Positions 12,877-24,293 of a DNA stretch of 64,000 nucleotides are shown here, piece by piece (within the stretch, counting starts at the first letter, position 1; every line of letters starts with the position of its first letter). The DNA is taken from positions 78,246,001 to 78,310,000 of the forward strand of contig CM059432.1 of NCBI GenBank assembly GCA_030390025.1. Direction: 5' to 3'. Source of the stretch: Squalus acanthias (lineage: Eukaryota). The notes beneath the pieces are model-generated. The model saw only the letters and a list, made by a program, of their open reading frames with translations, was not told the origin of the DNA and ran no database searches. Made by a program: the position numbers and the translations under genes.

Positions 12877-15045
12877 CAATTCTGTATAAGGGACAAGAAT
12901 TGATGACTTATTGTTAACTAGCCAGGTTTGTGGTCCTTGGAGGATCGGAAACATAGAAATAAGCAGGGATAGAGTGGATAAACAGCAGAAAGCAGTGGTT
13001 TATTTCAGGTAAACTGCGGATGGCCATCAGATGCATATGGCAACAGAAACACCATTGTTTGTTTCATTTAAAATTAGTCTTTAATGTGTATTCTGTTTAC
13101 AATATATTTGATTCTAAAAATCTTGAGATTTTAAATAAGGCAGCACTAAGTTTTTCGTTCATTTTAGGAAGACTTCCTGATGCAGATCTCGTGAGGTGCT
13201 GCACGGTGACACACAGGGTGAAGGCACAAAAAGCCAAGACTGGTGGGGAAGAAAGTTTGAAATACATCTTTACTTTTTGTTAGTAGACAACTGTTAGAAA
13301 TGTGTTTCAAAAGTAAACACACTGGGAAGAGGGAGTTCACTGAAACACACTCGACCCCAATAACTGAAAGGGAACAAAGTTCCCACAGTGGCTTGATGGA
13401 AAAACAAATCACCCAGCATAGACTACCAGGATAATTGTACTGTCACAGCACCTATAAACCCATGGCATCATCTGTACAGTGAGGGACTTGCTGCTTTATG
13501 GAAGGTTTTGCAATATCTTGGCCAGCCTGCCACACTGCCTTTCTATTTTTAAATGTTGGAAAGAGATAACTATCCCAGCATCCCCTTATAATCATCCTAA
13601 ATTTCAATGGCATTCAGAGGCTAGTGATCAGAGCTCCATGTACAAGTCTGAGTAAGTATGCACAGAGCTCTGATCTCCCCTGCTCAATAGCAATGAGAGT
13701 GAGTGGTGTAACTATGGCTGCACTGCTTTTATAGATGCCCCTGATTTTGCTGTCCACAATATGTAGAAGTGGGGCATTAGCATGAATAAGGCTGGTCAGA
13801 GTTTCTTTTGCTCACTCTTTCAGAATGACATTTGTGTCAATAACTTACTATTTTTGAGTTGTATATTATTTTTTCACACCCACCCTGGAAAAGGGATTTG
13901 ACTGAAGTACAATTTCACAGGAGCTGGCAATCCCCATTCCCAGTATTTATTCTTCATGTGTGAGCCTAAACAGTGTATTTCAGCAGGCTATTCTAACATG
14001 AGGGCATCACTGCAAAGCCCAATCATGTCCTCACCCAAAGTACACTCTCAGTTTCCAGCAGGGAATGCAATGCAGTTATTGAACAGTGATCAGGAGCAGG
14101 AATTTCTTCTCGGAACAGTCCAAACTTTGAACCTGGGAATTTGCTGGTCTGAATCTAATTAAATGGTGAATTTACTTGGTGAGTCACGTGAGGAAGCCAA
14201 GTAATGTATTTTTAAAGAGGCACCATCTAAATATAGTGACTACTGTGTGGAGCTTATTCCTTCCACTGGAGACATGTATCATAGTGTTTAACTGATCATG
14301 TTACACTCTCCTGAAAATCTACTTGTATTTAAATTCTGTTTTCCTAATTCATTTTGTGTAGGAACCCCTTGAAAACAGTGCATTTGTTGATTCTGACACC
14401 GCATAGTGCTACAATTGATTTTCATTTACTTTGGAAAAAGGTGGGAATTTCCAAAATAGGAAACAACATTCCATTCTACCATATGCAGTTCACTCAGCGG
14501 CTAATACCAGGGAATGTTTCTTCAGCTGCCTCCCTTGCTGAAATAGATTCTATCAATGGTTTAACAGTAGATCATCCCTTGAATACTTGCAGTACTCTCT
14601 GCATTGTATATAATTTAAGTGCACAGTGAAAGCATGACTTGTTTTGATACAATGAAAACCCACTTTTAGCATGTACATCAACAACAGAATATTAATTATT
14701 ACTAGAATTTCATTTGGTCTTGTTTCCAGGAGGTGAAATTAATTAATTATGGATCAATAATGTTCAGTTTTTGGGAACAAAGGGCCATAAATTCAACATC
14801 GTTGCCCTGTAAAACGGGCCCAAAAATAACCAATTTGCTGGTTGATCAGAAGGACTGAGTTTTGCTGAAACAAATGCGAAGCTCACAGTAAATAAATCAA
14901 AAATTGGTGTTGTATGCTCTTCCAAAGCTTTGTTTGATATAATATCAGATTGTATATTTTTTGGCTTCAGAACAATATGTTGAGGCATATCCAAACAGCA
15001 TTTTAATGCGCTGTTTCCTTACTACTTGTTGCTTTGTTGTTGCAG

Positions 15046-15140
15046 ATGGAGAGACTCCGATCGTGCTTCAGCCTACAAATGCAAATGAAAAAACTCAGCT
15101 TATTGGCGATGGTCGACGTAGCTACAACACAGATCAGTAG
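15046..15140 (+). CDS. DNAJC5B: DNAJC5B-like final coding exon
   Basis: ttgttgttgcag acceptor; a phase-1 join with the 1676-1847 exon gives [31 protein letters not shown], matching the recalled CSP-beta C-terminus ([13 protein letters not shown]...RSY.TD). Confidence 0.9.
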
Positions 15141-18050
15141 AATTTGAGAGAGTAGGAAGTTGAGCTGAAATTCCAGACAACCTTTACAATGTGGACATGT
15201 CATGGAGAGAGGTTGCATTTTTTCATTTGGAAAATGAAGCCATCAACTACCGATCTTGACATTACTTAAAAGACCATCATCAATTGTACCCACAACTGTA
15301 AAGCAGTTTGAAAACCTATCTATAAGCAGAGTTCAGTGTTGCTTTGTTGCTCTAAGCACTTCAAAATCAAATCCCTGTTTTTTCTCACTTTTTACCTTTA
15401 TAACATCATCTGGAAACAAGCATTCAATTATTTTAAACACTTCTGGTGACTATTGTGTTTAATATACTTTTCCCTCAAATATATTGTCATATTTTGTATA
15501 CTGTGTAACCAAATTGCACCTTTTTGGATAAGCAGATGTATTTTATTAAATAGACTCCAACTAACGTGAGGCTGGGAATGAAAACTAACACCTTCCTTCC
15601 ACTTTACTAGCTATTCATTGCCCCAACAGTAAGAAAGTTAGAAATGAATCTTTCGCTACTAAATATTGTAGTAGTTCTGCTGCTTGCTACTGCATTCTTT
15701 GTGATTGGGATATTGGCACTGCACCTCTGGAAAATAATAGACTGACTGACCTGGTTACAGCTGTAACGCAAGGACTGGGTGACAAATACAGGGAGGAGTA
15801 AGACCAGCACTTCAATCATTTATAGTTTAGAAGCTCTGTGAAGTACAAATGAACTGTGCTAGAGATTTTAGCAAGATTTCTCAGGTCAAAAAAATTTAAT
15901 TAAAAGGATTTGATCAGATGCAGTATAGGAATTATTTGATATGCCTTTGGAGCAGAGACTGTAATGTATTTCTGACCTATCTCAACCATAATCTCAGTTC
16001 AGTCATCTACATTTCAGCTCTCTGATTACTGGATTCCCTTTCATAGCTTTCATAAGATGCACATTTCTCGAATAACCAAAATGAATAAATTTCTAACTTT
16101 GTGTACAATAGAATTAGAGAAATATCAAAACCATAGAAAACGTTGTAATTCCCTGCATTCTTGCAGTAAATTCAGGAGCAAACTGTCATTTTGTAGTTTA
16201 TTTTGGTGTTAACATCTTCATTCAGTGCTCAGACTTAAAATGCATCTGCTTTTCACTCCTTTATGGACTAGATTTAAATATATTTATATTCTATTGAATT
16301 ATCATGCAATCCTAAATCTTGTAAAGAGATATTTCTGTGCTTACTTTTATCTTTCAGTCGCAACGTATCTTGCTTCATAATCGATGGTTAAAGAAAGTCT
16401 TGAAGCAGACATTTAAAGAGTAATTTAATAACTTGGTGTTCCTGGTGTGGAGCCTCACACCCACTTGACCCCAAGAGCACATATCAGACATTTCAGCCTG
16501 TACTGTGCCGGGTGTTACAACCACCTCAAGCACAAAGTTGTAAAATGACCCCTTTAGTGTAAAGCTTCCTGTCCTATGATACAATGAAACTTTTCCAGTT
16601 GCACCCATCATCGAGGCAATTCTGAATGCAATTCGTCATTCATGATGTCACTAGTACAGAAATTTACTAGCCTACATTTTTCATGTACCCCAGGTAGCAA
16701 GGAACCTTGCTTGCCACCAGCACATACTGGAATTTCTGTCCATTGAAATTGTACTGATGAGGGGGAGGTTCCCCATCTCAAGCATTCAGAAAATGTAGCT
16801 TGTTTCTGCCTCTAAACATGAAGCAGAGTAACCATGTGTGTGCATAACTCTCCCTTTATAACTTTTTGGATTGTTGGACAATTCTATTACTTCCTGTTTA
16901 AAAACATAAAGAATATTGTCTTCTATATCTTCTATCCTTCTCGTGTAACTAAAGATCGTTAAATAGCAACATCAAATATGTTTTAAAAAATAAATTACAG
17001 GAAGGTTTTCTGAAGGCAAATATATGATGCAACTTTATGTAGGTTTCATTTTAGAATATGAAACAGATTGATTTTGCACAAAGGGATGTTATCTTTGTCA
17101 ATATTATTTAAAAAATGAATTGTTTAAAAATTAGCAATTGATTTGTGTAGTTTACTTATTTTCTTTAAACAATATTGTAAATTGCTGTAGTTAATGCATC
17201 AAGACATCTGTGTGTGATGCTACTTGTATTTTGCAAAACTTGTCACTTGTAAAGACCAAAGCCCTGGTTAACCACTTTCCTTTGTTCAGTCCATTGTGGG
17301 AATATTGTCTGTCCATTGGAGTTAAATCAATTGTGAAGAAAGTGTGAATTTGTAGTTTTGGATATTTTAATACTAGACCAATTCATATTGCAGGCGGCTT
17401 CAGGTGTTCTCTGTTGTAAGTTGCTACCTTTAGCCACTGTACTTGCCTGACTACTTGGCTTCACTTCTTTGGTATTTACCCATCACGATATGATACAAAG
17501 TGCAGGTGGTGTGAATGAGAAACAAATGGAGATGTAAGAAAACAATACTAATTTTCTGACATGTAAAATGTAAAGCACAGTTCTCAGAAATGCAAGCATA
17601 CTACATAACTAAATATTTGTTAGTGGATATTAGTATGTGGTTACCATCCCATCCACTGCTTGCTGTGAATTCGGAGCATTAAAAAAGTGGGAAAGACTAG
17701 TAAGCTCTGTGAAAGAACATTCTAAGCTTTTTGCACTACACTTAAACCAGCTGAGGATGACAAAGGACAAATCAACATTTCTTTTACCTTTGTATTTAAT
17801 GTTTACCTAAATTTTTCTTTCTGTTCTGTTTGACTAATGAATATAAACTCAGACTATGAGAAAAGAAAAAATACAGTATTTGAACGAGAAAACTACTTGA
17901 TGTGTATGGTTGCACTGAAGCTTAACAAAATAAAAAACGGAAAAAAGTGATGAAAGTGTTAGCAAAATGTCTGCAATCAGAAAAATGATTTCATATTTAT
18001 GTTTTGTGTATACATTTGCCTATGTGAAAGAATCAGTATCTTATTAAAAA
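15141..18050 (+). other. Probable long 3'UTR of the DNAJC5B-like gene
   Basis: AT-rich stretch with no recognisable repeats after the stop; candidate polyA signals AATAAA near 16084, 16989 and 17929, and ATTAAA near 18043. The true end is unknown. Confidence 0.45.
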
Positions 18051-19801
18051 GTGTACTGTTCTAAACAGAGGCCTACACTTGCTGAATGCTGACTAGAAGT
18101 CTGATATTTCAATATCTACACCTTTTTTGGTTATATTATAGAGCAGATTTTATGAATTTGCTTTCCCAGCTCACAGCTTCGTGCAACAGGCGCACATACT
18201 GGGATTTGGATGTGAAGATCACTAGGCCCTTCACAATTTTTTGACATTAATAGATGGAAAATTCTATAGATCCTGTTGACTTCCATCTCATATTCTTAAT
18301 GAGATCCTGACGCACAAAGCTCTACACTGGGAACGCAAATTTGTAAAATTTGCTTTCATGTCTCTGTTAGGTCATTTTGCACCACGCACTGAGCCAATGT
18401 TCCATTCTGCATAGCCAGTGGTGCCAGCATGGAATGGGTGAGTGTGGCTGAGTAATTGTGTTGAGATTCATAGTGCTGTGCCTCATCCATTTTGTTGATC
18501 TGTTTCCTTGCACAAAATGTGTGAAGGCTTCATTTCAATATAATATATGCTAATATCTGCATAAGTGCAATTCCCAATTTTCCTGCAGGCACTGAGCTCA
18601 GATCACCCATATGAAATATGTCAGCCTAGTTCAGGACTGGTGGGAAGTGATTCCTTCAAGGACTACCAGTTGTATTCTTCCCATGATGACTTCCTTAAAG
18701 TGGACACTAATGGGTAGATTTTCCAATGAACATACAAAAATGACAGGCAGAGAAAAGACCAGATGGCCAATCAAGCCTACCCCACACTCATGGTTGGAGC
18801 ATCATGACTAATGTGCACTTTTGGTGTACAATTTGTGTTTTGCATTTTATTGGCCAAACTTAAACATTTTTGATTAGTCCAATTAAAAATTAGAATATGT
18901 GAATTCCTTTGGGGCATCCTCATTTTGTGTTATTTAGAAGAGGAGGAGGATGAAAGAATTGATGTGAGGCAGACTTCCTACCCACACAATTGTATGTAAA
19001 CCTAGACATCATTACCTGGAACTGTCTGGAAGACTGCCCTCACCGATTCTGCTTCACCATGGAGGCAGTGGTGGAATTGTGCTATCTACTAGAATCAACA
19101 GTGGCATTCGGGTCATCACAGCCCTGAACTTTTACAGCGCAGGCTCATTCAAAGTTACCAAAAGTGGCATCAGCAACATCAATGAATCAAACAGGTCACT
19201 GCTGTGAAGTTCGCCAAGGCAAACACCTTCATTACTTCCCCACTGGAAACCTGGCAGCAGAATAAGAGGTCCTGAAATGTTTCCACTTTGCAGGATTCTC
19301 CAAACAGGGATGATATATAAATATCTTCCCATTTGCTGGTCCATATGACTGTTAATATTGTCCATATCCCCTGCAGTCCATGCTATCTTACAAACTCCAA
19401 TGGGTACTCAGTTACTTTGTGAATAAAAGCCACAAATAAAAGTGACTTCTCTTTGTGGAACATGCTCCTTCCACCTCTGGAACATTGCCCGTTTGGGCCT
19501 CTAGGTCTCTCTGCCACCAAAATCCTAATCTATACCTTCATCACCTTCATTGATATTTCAAATGCTCTCTTCACTGGCCTTCCCTCCTACAACCTTCACA
19601 AACTCCAACTAATTCAGAACTTCAGAGCCCAAGATCTCTCTCTCTTACAATCTCCTATACTCATCATCCCTGTCCTCAGTGCATTGACTTCAAGGTGCTT
19701 GTCCTCATTTTCAAATCCCTCCACAGTTTCACCACCATATCTGACCAACTCTCTCCAACCTGCACCTTCCATCCCTGTGACTCCAGATTATTTCTATATG
19801 G

Positions 19802-20208
19802 GGTACGGTAGCATAGTGGTTATGTTACTGGATTAGTAATGCGCGAGTAATCCAGAGGCCTAGACTAATGATCCATGAACCAGGAGTTCAAATCCCACCA
19901 CAGCAACTGGGGAATTTAAATTCAATTAAATAAAACTGGAATAAAAAGCTAGTGTCAGTAATGATGACCATGAAACTTGTTGTAAAAACCCATTTGCTTC
20001 ACTAATGTCCTTTAGGGAAGGAAATCTGCTGTCCTTACCTGGTCAGCCTATATGTGACTCTAGTCCTACAACAATGTGGTTGGCTCTTAACTGCCCTCTA
20101 CAGTTCAAGAATGGCAGCTCACCACCACCTTCTCAAGGGCAATTAGGGATGGGCGATAAATGCTGGCCTTGCCAGCGATGCCCACATCCCATGAACAAAG
20201 AGAAAAAT
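19802..20208 (+). mobile_element. tRNA-derived SINE sharing both ends with the LINE at 10120-12876
   Basis: A box TAGCATAGTGG 19809-19819 and B box GTTCAAATCC 19886-19895; 3' end nearly identical to the LINE's 3' end (cagttcaagaa...gggatggg...cccacatccc). Confidence 0.8.
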
Positions 20209-20326
20209 GTCTCCAACCTGCACCTTCCATCTCTGTGACTCCAGATTATTTCTCTATGGTGGTACGGATATGCTTGTTCAGCTTTACTACAGGAGGCTTT
20301 ACTAAATGGCTGACTCCAGAGACTAT

Positions 20327-21196
20327 GGCCACGATTTTGTCATCGGTGTCGGGTTGGGTGCAGGACAACTGGTTTCCAGCTTCCAGTCCCACCCCCAGCT
20401 GCATCCGCTCCACAGACTTGATTGACCTTGTTAAGCCCGCCCTGCGGGCTTGTCGGCCAATTACCAGGAAGCAGGTCTGATGATGTCATTTAATGACGCA
20501 TCATCTGCTGGTTTCCTTAAAGGGACCACACACAATTTTATTTTGACAATTGATTTCTCAGTATTTGACAGCATTGAGGTGCTGAAAACACTGACAATCA
20601 CTGCACAAAGGTGACCTCTTGCATCCAGGCTCTCCAATGACTCCCTCCATATGCTGGAATAGATGGCAGCTGCAGGTGAGGTGACAGAAGCGATCTGTCA
20701 CTGGTGAGAGAGGTCCTCCCAATGAGGTAGCACTGGACATATAGTTGGATTTAAAATTGTAAGCTAAAGAAATCTGTAAATGTTTTAAAAATGCAGTACC
20801 CAACATTTTCTTTGCTCTGAAACTCACCATGTGCAACATTGGATCCTTCACACCACTTCTGCAGCTGTCATCATTCCACAAACATCACAGCAGACTCAGA
20901 ACACGCCACACTTACCTGGCATGGTGTCCGGATGTCGGGAAAGCCGACCCAGAAGCGGGAAAATCCCAAAACAGGCTGAAAACTACTGGCAAGTACCTGT
21001 TAATAGGCAGGTAATTGCCTTTAATCCGCTTCCCGCTGCTAGGTCTTGGGTCCATTTGCAAATCGGGGACCCGACACTTGGGAAAGCTGTTTGGAGGTGG
21101 GTTGACGGCGGATTCGGAACCCGCCGTCAATCAAATCGAATTTAACCTCTGACCCGCGTCCAAACCCGCCCTCTGAGCGCTGGCAAAATTGCGGCC
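20327..21196. mobile_element. Harbinger-like non-autonomous TIR element
   Basis: TIR GGCCACGATTTT...AAAATTGCGGCC with 3-bp TSD TAT; its right end is homologous to the right end of 21305-24082. Confidence 0.7.
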
Positions 21197-21304
21197 TATG
21201 ACCCAAAGTTCTAGACTCTCCAGCCAGGGGAAACAGCATCTTAGCATCTACCCTGTCAAGCTCTCTAAGAATTTTATACATTTCAATAATCTTAGAGCCA
21301 TTAT

Positions 21305-24082
21305 AGCCGCGATTTTCTTCTTGGAGGCGGGTTGGCATCGGGAACGGTGCTCACGGGTTCCGGTCTCACTGCCAGCTCCAACCGGCCTGCTGACACAATT
21401 TTTGGTTAATTGGGCTAGTTAAGCCCGCCGTGTGGGTTACCCACCCCGATCACAAGGTGCGGGTCTGCTGAGCTGCTCTGTTGACGTGTTTGCAGCTGGT
21501 GCATTTAAGGGGGCCATTTCCCCATTAGATCTCAGGTCATTTCTGCTGCTTCTCACCACAATGTCTGCAAAGAAACAAAAGGCAGCTCCCCGCTTCAACG
21601 ATGACTCCCTCCATGTTCTTGTGGAGGGAGTCAGAGGATGTCGGGAGGTCCTATACCCAGCTGATGGAAGAAGGAAACCTCCTCAGCAGACAAAGGCAGC
21701 CTGGCTGCGAATAGCTGAGGAGGTCAGTGCCAGGTCCATGTACCTGGGTCCAATGCAGGAAAAGGTTCAATGATCTCCTGCGCTCTGGAAAAGTGAGTAT
21801 AAAAGCACACTTACCTTAATTCTGCTGTGCTTGTCATAACATCCCCATCACTCTGCATTGGTAACCCTACTCCTGCACATCCTAACATCCTAACAACTCA
21901 ACCCAACATCCCTTGCACCATCCCCCATCCCTCTCTCCCTATGCACAGAATCACTTCCCCATCTTACTATGCACCCCTCACACCCACCCTCAAGGTTATG
22001 CAATGACAACAACTAACAACTCAAAAGGAGGGAACTCCATAATGGGAACCCAATCCTTCACAGTCTCCCTCTAAACATCTATCCTATCCATTCTTTACAC
22101 GCATTCCATCACTCTCACTGAAACTCCACTTCTTTCCCTCATTGCAGGAAAAGATAGGCCACAATAAGAGAGAGAGGGAGAGAACAGGAGGAGGGCCACC
22201 ATCCTTATCACAGCTGACCAATGCTGAGGAGGCCGCTCTGGACATTTTTGGACAGCTCGAAGTGGGGGACGGAGAGACGGGCTCAGTTGAACAACCTGGT
22301 GACAGAATGCATCTCCATCCATCTTACTTGGCTTTCATGAATGACACATATGGCATCTGATGTCAATAAAAATTGAATGCTCATCATGTACACATTGGGA
22401 TGTGTCTGCAATCTACATATCACATGTCTAACTCCTGTCTTTACTCTCCCACAGGACCATCAAGAGCCCCCCTCCCTACTGTCCAGTTGGAAGAGCAGGA
22501 GCACTCCTCAGAGGATGCTGCATCCTCTGAGGGAGCAGCATCAGCAGCAATGAGCACACCAAGCACCAGCGCAGAGACACACACCTCGGTGGGTCGTTTG
22601 CGAGATAGAGTAGTGTTGTCACCTGATGTATCACAACGCACGAGTGAGCAAGAGCAGATGATGGAGACAGGGACAGCCATGGAGAGTCCTCGTTGGAGGC
22701 TGCAGGACGCTCCTAGCTCTGCTCAGCTGCATGTAGACGCTGAGCCTCAGGGGCCATCCAGAAAGAGATCAGTGCTGAGCTTCAGGAACAAGTGCAGGAG
22801 GCTCTGACTGGGTTTGCAACCACGGTAACAGCGAGTGTGCAGAGAATAGAGGAATCCATCTCAAACATGAGCAATGTCGTGTTGCACGCAATCGTGAATG
22901 TAGGTCCCGCCATGGAAAGGATGACAACCTCCACGGAGGACATAAATCGCCAGACTCAAATGAACATGGTGACTCTTCTAAATAGATGGTCAGCTATGGA
23001 GGATAGATGGGTATCTATTGAGGAGAGGAACCAGAGGTACATGGACGTCCCCATTATGAGGACTGTCAGTACAGAGACGGGTCCACATGGCCCCACTAAT
23101 GTGCAGCAAGGTGCTCTTCAACTACTTGCTAGCAGAGAAGTGCGGGTGGCCCATGAGAGGGATGATGGTGGGAGGCGACATGCAAGTGGGGGCTCCTCTC
23201 CAAGCACTCCAACTTCCATCCCCTTGCCAAATCCTCGGTCAGAGCCCCAGATGACTGCCGGAGCAGTGATGGCCGAGTCTGCCCCTGTGCAGCCACAGGA
23301 GGAGCAAACTTTGGCAGGGCCTTCAAAGGCTCCAAAACCCGGAGGACGACCACCAAAGGCGTCTAAGCAGGCACAGCAGGGAAGCGAGCAGGCTGTCTCT
23401 ACATCTGCTGAAACCACAGGGGTAGCACAACGTAGAAGCACGCGTAAGAGAAAGCTTACACATAGATGATCACAAGGGTACTCACTTGGGTGTTCTGATA
23501 GAATTCAATGTTAAGTTTCTGTTCTTTTATTATGTTTGAATAAATTAATCTTCTATGAACGTTTGACATCGTTGCCATTTGTATGCTCACAATTTGAGGT
23601 GGCACAGTGAAGGGTGAGGGTGCCTTTTATGTCCAGCAATGCAGGTGACAGTGGATATAGAGTTAACAACAGACACTTACAGCCTCAAGACCGCCTCCCA
23701 AATCGTGAAATCAGCAACCTCTGACATTTGAAATTGAGCAGATTTGATAGTGCAGCTTTTAGACTGCAGTAGCAGCTGTGAAGTTTCCAGCTCGTTGGTC
23801 TTCCCGACACACTTACCTGCCGTGATCTCCGAACGTCGTGAAACCTGAATAAAATGTTGGGAAATCAAAATAGCAGTTAACAAGCACTTAACAAGGAGTT
23901 AAGTGCCTTAACCCTTACCCGCCGCTTGGTGTCGGGTCTGTTGTGAAATTGCAGACCCGACACTCTTGAAACTCACACGGAGGCGGGTTCGCTGTGGGTT
24001 TCCAGCCCGCTGTCAATCATTGTGAGTTTAACACCTGACCTGCCTCCGAACCCACCCTCTGAGCGCCGGCAAAATCGCGGCC
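21305..24082 (+). mobile_element. Non-autonomous PIF/Harbinger-like transposon carrying a Myb/SANT gene
   Basis: TIR AGCCGCGATTTT...AAAATCGCGGCC with 3-bp TSD TAT; internal spliced Myb/SANT-like gene; no DDE transposase visible. Confidence 0.75.
21561..23469 (+). pseudogene. Three-exon Myb/SANT-like (MSANTD/NAIF1/MYPOP-type) DNA-binding protein gene, frameshifted
   Basis: Exons 21561-21792 (gtgagt donor), 22148-22298 and 22455-23469. Motifs APRF...LVEGV...KAAWLRIAEEVSA, TWVQCRKRFNDL and EKIGHNKRERERTGGG; basic C-terminus RRSTRKRK; AATAAA near 23539; frameshifts near 21740 and 22780. Confidence 0.75.
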
Positions 24083-24293
24083 TATGTCTCACCTCTGTGG
24101 AACTCTCCTGAAATCAGTTTTTCTTGTGACTTTTCTCTCTTCCTTCAAAAGCCTCTTAAAAACCAATCTTCTCGATTGTGTTTCCCCTCCCGCAAATCTT
24201 TCCTGTCTTCTTCTTTGTGCCCTCATCTGAATGCCCTAACTAAGCACTCTGAGATATTCTTCTGCATGAAGGGCCTTTATAAATGCAAATTAA

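Noticed and set aside
13168..13283. Possible alternative DNAJC5B exon after a ttttag acceptor
   Set aside because: The peptide has no similarity to CSP and there is no convincing donor site, so support is insufficient.
19802..19900. Additional tRNA gene
   Set aside because: A and B boxes are present but there is no cloverleaf; it is a SINE head. The same applies at 12810-12870.
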